63,667 nt of DNA, filler included, from Candidatus Woesearchaeota archaeon (GCA_002685855.1; 5 parts of 5 records of this genome joined end to end with filler, not necessarily neighbours in it); one strand, 5' to 3'; positions 19,720-29,288 are shown, numbered from the whole stretch's first letter. The notes: generated by a model not told the origin, from the sequence alone. Translations and numbers: made by a program.

Positions 19720-20898
19720 ATGACCTTCATCACCGACCTCTCCAAGGAAGACCTTCAGGGAAAACGAGTGCTCGTAAGAGCATCCTATGACCTTCCTCTC
19801 GACGAACAAGGAGCTATCACCGATGAACGAAGAGTAATAGACTCCCTTCCAACCATCCAGTTTCTCCTTGAGCAAGAAGCGAAAATAATCCTCTTTGCAC
19901 ACAGCGGAAGACCAAAAGGAAAAGTTGATCCTCTCAGATCCATGAAAGTCGTGGGAGAATGTCTCTCAAAACACCTCAACACAAACGTAAAGACCCTCAA
20001 AGATTGTGTGGGAAATGAAGTAGAACAAGCAATAACAAAGATGCAGAACAAAGAAATCATCCTCCTCGAAAACGTACGCTTCCACAAAGAGGAAAAATCA
20101 AAAGACGAAAACGAACGAACAGAATTCGGAAAACAGATGGCAGCATTCGCAGACATCTACATCCAGGACGCATACGCAAACGCCCACCACGACCAGGCAT
20201 CCATGACCGCAGTCCCAAAGTTCATTCCCTGCTATATAGGAATTGCCCTGAAAAAAGAGCTCGACGCACTCCAACCCTTAGAAAATCCTGAACAACCCTA
20301 CGTTGCAATCATCGGAGGAGCAAAAGCAGAAAAGGTAAACGTCGTTAAGAATCTTCTCAAAAAAGTAGACAAAATAATTATTGGAGGAATCCTTGCAAAC
20401 ACATTCCTAAAGGCAAGTGGAGTCGACATCGGAAACAGCAAGTACGACGAAGAAACTCTCCCTCTCATAAAAGATCTCCCAAAAGAGAAAATCATCATCC
20501 CTATAGACGTTGTCGCAGCAGAATCCTTCGACAAAGATGCAAAAACAGTAATCGTCGACACAAACAACGTCCCCCCAACAAACCTCATCATCGACATCGG
20601 ACCAAAAACAATCCAGCTCTATGCAGAAACCCTAAAAAAAGCAAAAACAGTCGTTTGGTGCGGTCCCATCGGTGTAAACGAATGGGATTCAGGAATACAG
20701 GGAACAAAACAGATTGCAGAAACCCTTGCTCAAATAAAAGAAACAACCTATGTCCTCATTGGTGGAGGAGACAGCGGAGCAGCAATAGAAAAACTCAACC
20801 TTGAAGAAAAGATGGGCCACGTCTCAACAGGTGGCGGAGCAACACTCACCTGGCTGTCAGGAAAAGGACTTGTTGCAGTTGACATTCTGAATAAATAA
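19720..20898 (+). CDS. pgk: Phosphoglycerate kinase
   Basis: HSGRPKG, LLENVRF, IIGGAK, GGGDS, HVSTGGGA. Confidence 0.97.
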   Translation: MTFITDLSKEDLQGKRVLVRASYDLPLDEQGAITDERRVIDSLPTIQFLLEQEAKIILFAHSGRPKGKVDPLRSMKVVGECLSKHLNTNVKTLKDCVGNEVEQAITKMQNKEIILLENVRFHKEEKSKDENERTEFGKQMAAFADIYIQDAYANAHHDQASMTAVPKFIPCYIGIALKKELDALQPLENPEQPYVAIIGGAKAEKVNVVKNLLKKVDKIIIGGILANTFLKASGVDIGNSKYDEETLPLIKDLPKEKIIIPIDVVAAESFDKDAKTVIVDTNNVPPTNLIIDIGPKTIQLYAETLKKAKTVVWCGPIGVNEWDSGIQGTKQIAETLAQIKETTYVLIGGGDSGAAIEKLNLEEKMGHVSTGGGATLTWLSGKGLVAVDILNK

Positions 20899-21086
20899 CA
20901 CTAACCAAACCCTATTTCTGAAGAAAATATGAGACAATATAGATAACTATCCCTGCATAAACACCAACAACACTACATAAACATCCCTTTTTAAACTTTA
21001 TATAATTAACCAAAAACCACAACATCTTGTATAGGAATCATTATAAACCAATCCAGATTCCTCTTATTCGAGCCGTCGTGAATGCA

Positions 21087-21309
21087 ATGACTCGAACCAA
21101 AACATTTCAACATCCATTTCTCATTCTATGCCTTCTTACGCTCATTTTTTCCCTAAACGTAACTGCAGAATCCCTTATCCAAACGACTTCTGAACAAACA
21201 CCCGAAGGATCCATCCAACTTGTAGATGGTTCACGCGTATTAGTAATGAATAAGGACAATGGCCGTCTAATCTGTAATGAGGTTGAAAAACATGATCCAA
21301 ATGATAATA
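21087..21309 (+). CDS. Secreted protein, truncated by contig end
   Basis: MTRTKTF...LILCLLTLIFSLNVTA signal peptide. Confidence 0.55.
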
Positions 21310-21409
21310 NNNNNNNNNNNNNNNNNNNNNNNNNNNNNNNNNNNNNNNNNNNNTTAATTAATTAANNNNNNNNNNNNNNNNNNNNNNNNNNNNNNNNNNN
21401 NNNNNNNNN
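21310..21409. other. Artificial contig linker
   Basis: N-run, TTAATTAATTAA (stops in all six frames), N-run. Confidence 0.99.
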
Positions 21410-21746
21410 CTTCTCCGTTGTAGAGGCCGATGAGCGTTATTATGCTGTGTTTACTGAGTCCTGTTGTTTCGATGTCGAGGTAGATTGTGTCTTGTTTGAA
21501 GTGGGGGTAGAGTCGCCAGTGTTCTGATTGTGGGAGTCGTCTTGAGAAGAAGGTTGCGTTGTTTTGGTTGAGTTTTTTTGCTGCTTCGAGAAGGAGTTGG
21601 TTGTACCAGTGTTTTCTTAGAGGAGCTATTGTGGGGAGGGTGTTTGTTTTTATGAATTGGTCCCAGTTTGTAATTCCTTTGCTCCAGAGGAGTTGTTCGG
21701 TTTGGGATCCTATTCCGGGGAGAAAGAGGAAGGTTTGGTTGAGCAT
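21410..21746 (-). CDS. YprB/RNase_H_2-like DEDD exonuclease, truncated by contig end
   Basis: FLFLPGIG HhH-like start; YLDIETTG. Confidence 0.85.
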
Positions 21747-21848
21747 TTTTCTCTGTACATTGTTGGTTTTTTAAGAGTTTTGTCTCTATGTGTCCAGTGA
21801 GGGGTTGAGCAGAGGAGTTTTTAGTTTTTGGCGTCAGAATTCCTCTGC

Positions 21849-22274
21849 TCAGACTCTTTTTCCCGAGAAGTTAAATACGTTTTCGACTGCGACATCTGTT
21901 GGTTGAAATTCTGTGTTGAAGCTGGGTTCTATGTTGCTTTCTTCCTTTATTGCCTGGTTTACTGGTTGCGATAGTGGCTGTGATTGTTTGAGAGGTTCTT
22001 GTTGAATGGGTTGTTTTGCTGTTTGGTTGTTAAGTTCATGAAGAAGTGCTTTTGTTGTTGCAAGTTCTTGTTCGAGTTCTGTAATTTTTTTGTTGTTGAG
22101 TTCTTTGTATCTTCTGAAGTGAGAGATCTCTTCGTAGATTTCCTGGAAGGCAGAAATTTCGACTGCGATGGTTTCTTGTCCTTGTTCCTGGATGGAATCC
22201 ATGGATTCAGGAGTGAAATGTCTTTGCAGTTCTCTGTTGGTGTTAATGAGTCCGACTTGTTTGAGGTAGTCCAT
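21849..22274 (-). CDS. Hypothetical coiled-coil protein
   Basis: 141-aa ORF; TATA directly upstream. Confidence 0.7.
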   Translation of the reverse strand: MDYLKQVGLINTNRELQRHFTPESMDSIQEQGQETIAVEISAFQEIYEEISHFRRYKELNNKKITELEQELATTKALLHELNNQTAKQPIQQEPLKQSQPLSQPVNQAIKEESNIEPSFNTEFQPTDVAVENVFNFSGKRV

Positions 22275-22490
22275 TCCTTTTTAAGGAAATAACTTATTTA
22301 TAAACCTTTCTATTTTATTGGTTACTAGTATAGGTTTTTCCGGATTTTTTATATAAAGTAGCAAGATTTTTATGTTTACTTGCAAGTAGTTACAAATGGA
22401 AAAGTTTAAATAGGAAGGGTTTGTTTTAGGTGGTATAACAGACTATATTTGTGCGTATCAGATCTCAAATATTCAGTTGAAGGATAGAAA

Positions 22491-23738
22491 ATGAACTTAG
22501 AAGATCTTCCACCTATAAATAGAAGAAAGGCCTTAATTGGGCTAGCTGCAATAGTTGCGGCCCCACATGTTTTGTTGAATCCTGATAGGGCAGAGGCTAG
22601 TCTTTCTATTAGGAATTCGTTGAGTCCAAGAAATCCCAGAAGGAGTAGAAGACGGGGTACAGATTATATTATTTTGCATACTACTGAGGCAGATCGTGGT
22701 TCATTGGGTAAGTTACGAAAGTATGGTGAAGCTAATTATCTTGTAAACAAGGATGGAAGTATTGACAGGGTTATTGAGCATGGGCGGCTTGCAACGCATT
22801 GTGGTAGAAGTATGTGGGATGGCAAGAGGAATATTGATAATCATTCTATAGGTATTGAAGTAATGGGATTTCATAATAAGGATATTACTTCTGCCCAGTA
22901 TCGGGCTCTACGGGATCTGATTCAGGAGCTTCAGGGAATGTATAGATTGAGTGATCAGGATGTGATGACGCATTCTATGGTTGCGTATGGGAGTCCAAAC
23001 AAGTATCATGCATATAATCATAGGGGTAGAAAGAAGTGTGGGATGTTGTTTGCACGGCCTGAAGTCAGGAGTAGGCTTGGGTTGAGTAGCAAGGTCACTC
23101 GGGATCCTGATGTTGATGCAGGGAGACTTCGAATAGCTGATGCGCTTTTAGCAACAGTGCTTTATGGAGCCGATCATGGAAAGGTTGAAGCTGCATTAGA
23201 TATATATAGAGGAGAGCCCATAATTACCAAGGATAGAAGTGCGTGGTTTATTGCTCGTGAGAAGCATAATGATCCTGAGACTGAATATTTGTTTCCTGAT
23301 GGCACACGTTTACGAGGGGACCAGATTCGTGATTGGGGAGGTCTTCCTGATGGTACAAGAATTGTTATGGAAGATCAGGAACGTTCAGAGAGATTTATTG
23401 GATTTCAGGAGATTGGAAAGGATGGTGATACTGCATGGAGTCTTGCAGGAAAGGAGTATGATGATGAAAGCACGATCTACTTTTTTCCCGATGGGCGTGT
23501 GCGAAGAGGTAGTGTGTTGGACGAAGAAGTTTTAAGTCATCCTCCAATTGGAACGCGGGTGCTTACAGGATATGTGTATGGAGGTAATGTACATTCTGAT
23601 AGGTCTGCGTTTAGTATTACAGGAAAGAGGTGGAATGATCCTTCGACGTTTTATATTAAGAATGGTACAGTGGTTTCAGGAGATGATGTTAAACAGTCTG
23701 AAATCGCTGATGGGACTACGATTGTGTTTAGAAAATAG
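22491..23738 (+). CDS. N-acetylmuramoyl-L-alanine amidase (Amidase_2) with twin-arginine-like signal and three LysM-like C-terminal repeats
   Basis: NRRKALIGLAA...AEA; IILHTTE, ATHCG, SIGIE, THSMV, KKCG; repeats SAWFIA/TAWSLA/SAFSIT...GTRI/GTRV/GTTI. Confidence 0.88.
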   Translation: MNLEDLPPINRRKALIGLAAIVAAPHVLLNPDRAEASLSIRNSLSPRNPRRSRRRGTDYIILHTTEADRGSLGKLRKYGEANYLVNKDGSIDRVIEHGRLATHCGRSMWDGKRNIDNHSIGIEVMGFHNKDITSAQYRALRDLIQELQGMYRLSDQDVMTHSMVAYGSPNKYHAYNHRGRKKCGMLFARPEVRSRLGLSSKVTRDPDVDAGRLRIADALLATVLYGADHGKVEAALDIYRGEPIITKDRSAWFIAREKHNDPETEYLFPDGTRLRGDQIRDWGGLPDGTRIVMEDQERSERFIGFQEIGKDGDTAWSLAGKEYDDESTIYFFPDGRVRRGSVLDEEVLSHPPIGTRVLTGYVYGGNVHSDRSAFSITGKRWNDPSTFYIKNGTVVSGDDVKQSEIADGTTIVFRK

Positions 23739-23743
23739 GGTGT

Positions 23744-24451
23744 TTATTCTAAGGTGTAGTAGAGTCTTCTGTTGTTTTTTCCTTTGTTTTCTGCTTTGAG
23801 AAAGGTTATTGTTCCGATCTCTTGGGTGTTTTTGACATGTGTTCCGCCGTCGGCCTGTTTGTCTATGTCTCCGATTGTTACGATGCGGAGTTGTTTTACT
23901 GCTGGAGGGAGTGCTCCGGCCAGTTTGACCATGTCTGGGTCTTTGAGAGCTTCTTCTCTGTCGAGGTAGGAGATGGTTACGTCCTGGTTTTGTTTTGCTG
24001 CGGTGTCTGCTTCAGCGAGGTACTCTTTCATCTTTTCTTTGTCAAATTCTTCCATGTTGTAGTCTATTCTTGTTTTTTCTGGTGAGATCTGGTTTCCGGT
24101 GATGAGAACGTTGTGTTGTTTGTGAAGGATCGCTGATACGATATGTGCTGCGGTGTGCATGCGCATAAATGTATAGCGTCTTTCCCAGTTTATTTTTCCT
24201 TTTATTTTGTCTCCTTCTTTGAGTCCAGGTTTGCTGACTTCGTGGCTGATCTTTCCTGAGAATTTTCCGACAAAGACGACAGGATATTCTTCGTTGTTGC
24301 AGATGAATACTCCTTCGTCGTGTGGTTGTCCTCCTCCGTTTGGGTAGAATGCAGTCTGATCAAGGACAACGAATTTGTCATCGGTTACTGAGAGGACTGT
24401 TGCGTCGAACTCTTTAAGGTAACTGTCATCCATGTAGAGCGCATCACTCAT
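23744..24451 (-). CDS. alaXM: AlaX-M trans-editing protein for misacylated tRNA-Ala
   Basis: FYPNGGGQP, MRMHTAAH, QADGGTHV (Asp in place of the usual Cys). Confidence 0.92.
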   Translation of the reverse strand: MSDALYMDDSYLKEFDATVLSVTDDKFVVLDQTAFYPNGGGQPHDEGVFICNNEEYPVVFVGKFSGKISHEVSKPGLKEGDKIKGKINWERRYTFMRMHTAAHIVSAILHKQHNVLITGNQISPEKTRIDYNMEEFDKEKMKEYLAEADTAAKQNQDVTISYLDREEALKDPDMVKLAGALPPAVKQLRIVTIGDIDKQADGGTHVKNTQEIGTITFLKAENKGKNNRRLYYTLE

Positions 24452-24471
24452 TTTGTTTCTCTTTTAGGAGT

Positions 24472-25077
24472 TTATTTGATGACTATTGATGTTATAGTTA
24501 CCGGGTTGTTTGGTTTGTCTTGTGCGTCTCTCGGTAATTGTGCGATTATGTCGACGACCTCTTGTCCTTTAATGACCTTTCCAAAGATTGCATGTTTTCC
24601 ATCGAGCCAGGGTGTTGGTGCCAAGGTGATGAAGAATTGGCTTCCTCCTGTGTTTGGGCCGGAGTTTGCCATTGAGAGTATTCCTTTTGCATTATGTTTT
24701 AGATCGGGATGGAACTCGTCCAGGATTGTGTATCCGGGTCCTCCTGTTCCTGTTCCTGTAGGATCTCCTCCTTGGATCATGAATCCAGGGATAACTCTAT
24801 GAAATATGGTGTCGTCGTAGAATTTTCTGTTTACAAGGTCTATGAAGTTTTTTGTTGTTTCAGGTGCCTTTTCTGTAAAGAGCTGAACTTCAATTGTTCC
24901 TTGGGTTGTTGAGATAATTGCGAATCGGTTCACGTTTGGTTTCTCTTGCGTTGTTTCCTTTATGGTGTCTGATGCCAGGACGGCTGTGTCTATTCCTTTA
25001 TTTTGACATGCTATGAGTACTGCGAGCACAATTAGGACTGAGCTTAACAGGAAGATTGATCTTCGTGTTTCTTTCAT
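24472..25077 (-). CDS. Cyclophilin-type peptidyl-prolyl isomerase with lipoprotein-like signal
   Basis: [34 protein letters not shown] lipobox-like. Confidence 0.95.
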   Translation of the reverse strand: MKETRRSIFLLSSVLIVLAVLIACQNKGIDTAVLASDTIKETTQEKPNVNRFAIISTTQGTIEVQLFTEKAPETTKNFIDLVNRKFYDDTIFHRVIPGFMIQGGDPTGTGTGGPGYTILDEFHPDLKHNAKGILSMANSGPNTGGSQFFITLAPTPWLDGKHAIFGKVIKGQEVVDIIAQLPRDAQDKPNNPVTITSIVIK

Positions 25078-25131
25078 TATGGATCACCCCGGCTTTGCTA
25101 GGAAGAGGTGATTTAAATATGTACCGATTTT

Positions 25132-25293
25132 TTAGAATATTTTTGGTTTGCTGAGAAGGCCAAATGTTCCGATGATGATAAAGAAGATTGCGATGGCATA
25201 TTCAAGGATGTTTGGTATTGCAAAGACGAGAATGCCGAAGAGTATGCAAAGGACTGAGAAAAAGGTTGTGTTTGGGTAGAAGCGTGTTCTCAT
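25132..25293 (-). CDS. Small 2-TM protein, DUF3096-like (53 aa; not in ORF track)
   Basis: MRTRFYPNTTFFSVLCILFGILVFAIPNILEYAIAIFFIIIGTFGLLSKPKIF*. Confidence 0.7.
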   Translation of the reverse strand: MRTRFYPNTTFFSVLCILFGILVFAIPNILEYAIAIFFIIIGTFGLLSKPKIF

Positions 25294-25296
25294 GGT

Positions 25297-25869
25297 TTAG
25301 GGAAATGTTGATGAGGGTGGTTGTGGGTTTGGGGGTGGCTGGAAGGGCTGTTGAGGTTGGACAGGTGGTTGTGCTGGTTGGATAGGGGGTGGTTGAGATG
25401 GTTCGTCTTCGTCATATTCTTCACCACCTTCTGAGTCATCATCTTCGGATTCTGTGTCGTCATCCTCATCTTCATACTCTTCATCGTCATCCTCTTCATC
25501 GTCATCCTCTTCTTCTGCTTCTTCGTCTGAGATGGGAGGGTTTTCTTTTGCCCATTCTTGGAATTGCGCGAGTGTGGCAAAGACATAGGTTTTGTCTTCT
25601 GGTTCTTCTTGGGATGTTGTGAGGAGTCCGTCTGGTGCCTGGCTTTGTTGGGGTTCGTGTGCAAAGGGATTTTCTGTAGCTTGAACGAGTGCAGGTGTTT
25701 TGAATTGAAGGTACCATTCTTCCTCTTCGCCTGATACGTCGACAAAGATTTGTACGTTTTGGTGGCTGAGCCACCAGGCTATCTCTCTGTAGTCAGAAAC
25801 TGATTCGGGTGCATCTACCTGATTTGTTATAAAGTGGACGCAGTTTGGATTGCATGGATCGCATGGCAT
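25297..25869 (-). CDS. Degenerate YkgJ/CxxCxxCC-like protein with acidic and Pro/Gln tail
   Basis: CDPCNPNC..DAP..IAWWLSH..WYLQFKT; downstream Cys residues absent. Confidence 0.65.
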   Translation of the reverse strand: MPCDPCNPNCVHFITNQVDAPESVSDYREIAWWLSHQNVQIFVDVSGEEEEWYLQFKTPALVQATENPFAHEPQQSQAPDGLLTTSQEEPEDKTYVFATLAQFQEWAKENPPISDEEAEEEDDDEEDDDEEYEDEDDDTESEDDDSEGGEEYDEDEPSQPPPIQPAQPPVQPQQPFQPPPNPQPPSSTFP

Positions 25870-25893
25870 AGGGTGATCAAACTCAGGTTGTTT

Positions 25894-26736
25894 TTATGCT
25901 TTGTGATTTTGAAGTGGCTCCTTGCGGAGCCGGGTGGGGAGGTGCGTAAAGAGTTTGATCTCTTTGCCGTAGTGGTGTTGAAGCAGGTTCACCTGGTCCT
26001 GAAGCTGTTGGGTGTGTTCGTGGGGGTGTTTTACGGCAAAGAGAAAGGCATTGAGGAGTTCTGGAGTGTGTGTTTGTACGTGTTGGAGGAGTTGTTCTGT
26101 TTTTCCTCTGAAGTTGAGGGTTTCGCAGTAGATAAAGTCGCTAAAGGGGGCTACTTCGTGAAGAATTTTATTGAGGTTTGTTGTTCCTGGGAGGATGGGG
26201 CCGATGAAGGTGTAGGAAGGGATTGTTTTTTGTTTGAGTTCTTTGAGTGCTTCTATGCGTCGTTGGGTGGTGATGGTGCAGGGTTCGAAGGTTTTTCTGT
26301 GGGTTTCGTTGAGGGTGGTGATGCTGATTCCTATTTCTATGTCGTCGAAGGCTTCGATGAGATCGAGGTCGCGGAGGACGAGGTCTGATTTTGTAAGGAT
26401 TGATACAGGGTATTGATGTTTGAGGAGGAATTTAAGAATGGATCGTGTTTTTCCTTCTTTGAGTTCAAGAGGTTGGTAGGGGTCAGTGACAGAGCTGAGA
26501 AGGATAAGTCCTTTGGGTTTGTTCTGGAGTTCCTGTTCAAGGAGTTCTACTGCGTTTACTTTGATGTCGACAAAGTTCCCCCATGCTTCGAGGTGTCCTG
26601 TGTAGCGTTTCATGAAGTCTGCATAGCAGTAGATGCAGGCGTGTTGGCAGCCAGTGTAGGGGTTTATGGCATAGGTTATACCGGGGAGTCGGCTTGGATT
26701 AAGGATGCTTTTTGCTTGGAGGTGCTGAATCTTCAT
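25894..26736 (-). CDS. Radical SAM protein, spore photoproduct lyase-like family
   Basis: NPYTGCQHACIYCYA, SSVTDPYQP, LTKSDLVLRD; start revised to MKIQ. Confidence 0.9.
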   Translation of the reverse strand: MKIQHLQAKSILNPSRLPGITYAINPYTGCQHACIYCYADFMKRYTGHLEAWGNFVDIKVNAVELLEQELQNKPKGLILLSSVTDPYQPLELKEGKTRSILKFLLKHQYPVSILTKSDLVLRDLDLIEAFDDIEIGISITTLNETHRKTFEPCTITTQRRIEALKELKQKTIPSYTFIGPILPGTTNLNKILHEVAPFSDFIYCETLNFRGKTEQLLQHVQTHTPELLNAFLFAVKHPHEHTQQLQDQVNLLQHHYGKEIKLFTHLPTRLRKEPLQNHKA

Positions 26737-26887
26737 AGAATATGAATGTGTGAGGGTTCTTATATCTGTTGCGGCAGTGGTTGGCCAGTGTGAAATGAGA
26801 AAAGTTAATAAATAAAGGGTTGAGACTGATATATGAAGGATGCAGCACGCATATAACTGAAAGGTTTTGTGTATGTTCAGACTCAAT

Positions 26888-27022
26888 GGGCCTGTAGCAT
26901 AACCTGGATAGGTCAACGGCATTGTTGCCAGTACACCAGTAAGTGCGGCCGGCTTCGGACCGGTTGATTGGGGTTCGAAACAGATCATTTCGATAGATTT
27001 GGCGAAAGTCCCTACAGGCTCA
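26888..27022 (+). tRNA. tRNA-Arg(UCG) with two non-canonical introns (26910-26941 at 20a/21; 26980-27008 at 59/60)
   Basis: Removing both BHB-bounded introns gives a full cloverleaf; anticodon loop CU UCG GA; A20; T-run terminator. Confidence 0.9.
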
Positions 27023-27096
27023 TTTTTTTTTAAAATGAAAAGATTTAAAAAGGTTGTTCGTTCTGATATCTTGTTTCGTTGAGGGGTGATAGTAGA

Positions 27097-27663
27097 ATGG
27101 GTGTTAAAGAAATTATTGGAAATGCATGGAAGGTTGCTTCTTTTGATGATAAAACAACAGATGCTGTTTTAAAGGATTCGAGCTCGTTTAAGAACGGTCT
27201 TATTTTTCTTGTTCTTACTGCTGTTGTAATGAGCGTGGGCGTGGGCATATTTGCAATTATTTCCGGGTCGTTTGTTTTAGCTATTGTGGAGATTATTGCT
27301 ACTATTCTTATGTTGTTGTTTGGATTTTTTGTTGGGGGGGCTGTTCTTCATGGTTTGGCCCATCTGTTTAAGGGTAAAGGTTCAATCACGAGGTTCTATG
27401 GGGGATATAGTCATAGTTATCTTCCCTATTGGATTGGTTTTTTTGGGTTTATTCCTCTTTTAGGATTGGGCCTCTGGGTTCTGGCAGGATTATGGCATCT
27501 TATTTTGACAATCAATGTTGTACAAAAAGCGTATGATCTTAGTTTGGGTAGGGCTCTTATTGTTGTTTTGATACCTGTTGTTATTGTGGGAATATTGATA
27601 TTATCAATGGGTGTTGCCTTGCTTGCACTCTTTTTTGCTGGAACAGCTACAGGAGTTGCCTAG
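27097..27663 (+). CDS. Yip1-like membrane protein
   Basis: About 5 TM helices; LAHLFKGKG motif. Confidence 0.8.
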   Translation: MGVKEIIGNAWKVASFDDKTTDAVLKDSSSFKNGLIFLVLTAVVMSVGVGIFAIISGSFVLAIVEIIATILMLLFGFFVGGAVLHGLAHLFKGKGSITRFYGGYSHSYLPYWIGFFGFIPLLGLGLWVLAGLWHLILTINVVQKAYDLSLGRALIVVLIPVVIVGILILSMGVALLALFFAGTATGVA

Positions 27664-28340
27664 CTCCTTTTTTTCTTATTTTCATAGAATTGGATGGCGC
27701 CGTCGTGGTAGATACCTTGATGGAGTGTGACGGGTCGCCAGCTGTCCTGGATGAGGTTTGCGTTGAGCCAGGATGCGAGTTCTTCAGGATTTCCTATGGT
27801 TGCACTTAATCCAATTATTTGGGGATTGTTGAGATAGGTTCTGAGGAGAGTGATAAGGATTTCGAGTGTGGGTCCTCTGTGGGCGTCGTTGAGGAGGTGG
27901 ATTTCGTCAATGACTATTGTTTGTATGGTTTTGATCCATTCTACTTTGTGGCGGAGGAGGCTATCGAATTTTTCTGAGGTTGAGATTATTAGATCGGTGT
28001 GTTCGAGGTAGCTGTCTGCGCTGTCAAAGTCAGATGATGTTACGGCTGTTTTGAAGGTGTAGGTGTTTGAGAAGTGGTTGAACTTTTCGTTGGCGAGTGC
28101 TTTGAGAGGGACGATGTAGAGGGCTTTTCCTTTGTTGTTTGTGATAGTGTGGTGGATGGCCATCTCTGCCACGAGTGTTTTTCCTGATGCTGTTGGGGTG
28201 CAGATGAGAAGGTTTTTCTTGTTGAAGAGTTCTGCGTTGATTGCTTTTTCCTGGCAGGGGCGGAGTTCTTTGATCTTTGTTTTTGCGATTTCCTGATAGG
28301 TGGCGGGAGGTATTTTTTTTTTGAAGTCGGTGAGCTTCAT
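27660..28340 (-). CDS. Stand-alone DEAD/DEAH (Hel308/Ski2-like) ATP-binding domain
   Basis: LRPCQ, PTASGKT, VPLKAL, DEIH, LSAT; no helicase C domain. Confidence 0.88.
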   Translation of the reverse strand: MKLTDFKKKIPPATYQEIAKTKIKELRPCQEKAINAELFNKKNLLICTPTASGKTLVAEMAIHHTITNNKGKALYIVPLKALANEKFNHFSNTYTFKTAVTSSDFDSADSYLEHTDLIISTSEKFDSLLRHKVEWIKTIQTIVIDEIHLLNDAHRGPTLEILITLLRTYLNNPQIIGLSATIGNPEELASWLNANLIQDSWRPVTLHQGIYHDGAIQFYENKKKRS

Positions 28341-28357
28341 GAAAAGAATGGACGGAG

Positions 28358-29023
28358 TTATTCTTTAGGAACTTCGGGTTTGGCTTCTTCCTTAGAAGCT
28401 TCCTCAGGCTTGGTTTCCTTTTTTGCTTCAGACTTTGGCTCTTCTTTAGCTTCAGGTTTTGGAGATTCTTCCTTTACCTCAGGTTTAGCCTCTTCTTTAG
28501 CTTCAGGTTTTGGAGATTCTTCCTTTACCTCAGGTTTAGCCTCTTCCTTAACTTCAGCTTTTGGAGATTCTTCCTTAACTTCAGGTTTAGCCTCTTCCTT
28601 GGCCTTAGCTTCTGGCTTAGCCTCTTCTTTAGGAGCTTTTTCTTTTGCAGGGGCTGCTTCTGTGAGGGGTTTTTTGCCTTGTTTGAGGATTTTGAGGTTG
28701 ACTTGGGCGGTTTTGGGCATGACCATGTTGCCGGCTACTGATTTTCGTCTTCGTTCTCCTTTTCGTTTGGGTTTGAAGCCTACGCCGCCTGTTATGAGGA
28801 GTCTTTTTCTGTTTGCTCCTTCTACGTCTTTTCTCATGGGGAAGCCGCAGTTGTCGCTGCCTCCTGTGATTTCGAATTCGTAGCCGTCATGGCCTATGAG
28901 GTCTCCTGGGATCTTTTGAGAGATCTTTTTACCGTAGAGTGCTTTTGATTGTTGGTCGTTAAGAACAAAGTTTACTGTTTTCCCTGTTTTGGGATCGCCT
29001 ACATTTATTTTAAATTCTGCCAT
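28358..29023 (-). CDS. rps6e: 30S ribosomal protein S6e with repetitive C-terminal extension
   Basis: GYEFEITGGSDNCGFPMR, GERRRKSVAG. Confidence 0.95.
   Translation of the reverse strand: MAEFKINVGDPKTGKTVNFVLNDQQSKALYGKKISQKIPGDLIGHDGYEFEITGGSDNCGFPMRKDVEGANRKRLLITGGVGFKPKRKGERRRKSVAGNMVMPKTAQVNLKILKQGKKPLTEAAPAKEKAPKEEAKPEAKAKEEAKPEVKEESPKAEVKEEAKPEVKEESPKPEAKEEAKPEVKEESPKPEAKEEPKSEAKKETKPEEASKEEAKPEVPKE
28380..28635. repeat. Coding tandem repeat, about 51-nt unit (EEAKPEVKEESPKPEAK)
   Basis: Near-identical copies of ctttagcttcaggttttggagattcttcctttacctcaggtttagcctctt. Confidence 0.9.
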
Positions 29024-29288
29024 TTTATGCCTCCCGAGGCCTTTTTCATCCTCAGTATTGGTGAGTGGAATTGGGGGGTGTTTTTAAATGTTATTGTTTG
29101 GTTTTTAATGAGTTTTAGAGGTGAATTGCTTAGCTAGGTTGAAGCTGATCTCTTTGCTTTTTTCTACTTGGGGTTGGCCGCAGGGGTCTACGTCTCGGAA
29201 TCGGTTTTTTGGCAGGTATCTTGCGGTAGTTAAGATCTGGCCATTCTTTAACCGAAAATGCCTTAAAGAGGGGGCTGTTTTTAAATGG

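Noticed and set aside
18720..20898. Bacterial contamination suggested by class I gap-pgk
   Set aside because: Same contig as the archaeal SRP RNA and TrmB, with a TATA promoter; bacterial-type glycolytic genes in DPANN are unsurprising
21310..21409. TTAATTAATTAA repeated four times
   Set aside because: Artificial six-frame-stop linker between contigs; cross-linker adjacency such as sigma fragment/ackA is not real
26737..26988. N-terminal extension of the radical SAM ORF in the track
   Set aside because: Runs antisense through the tRNA-Arg gene and its promoter
28380..28883. 167-aa Ser/Gly repeat ORF, or a CRISPR-like array
   Set aside because: Antisense shadow of the eS6 tail; tandem units have no spacers. 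I saw no CRISPR array or cas gene in the window.
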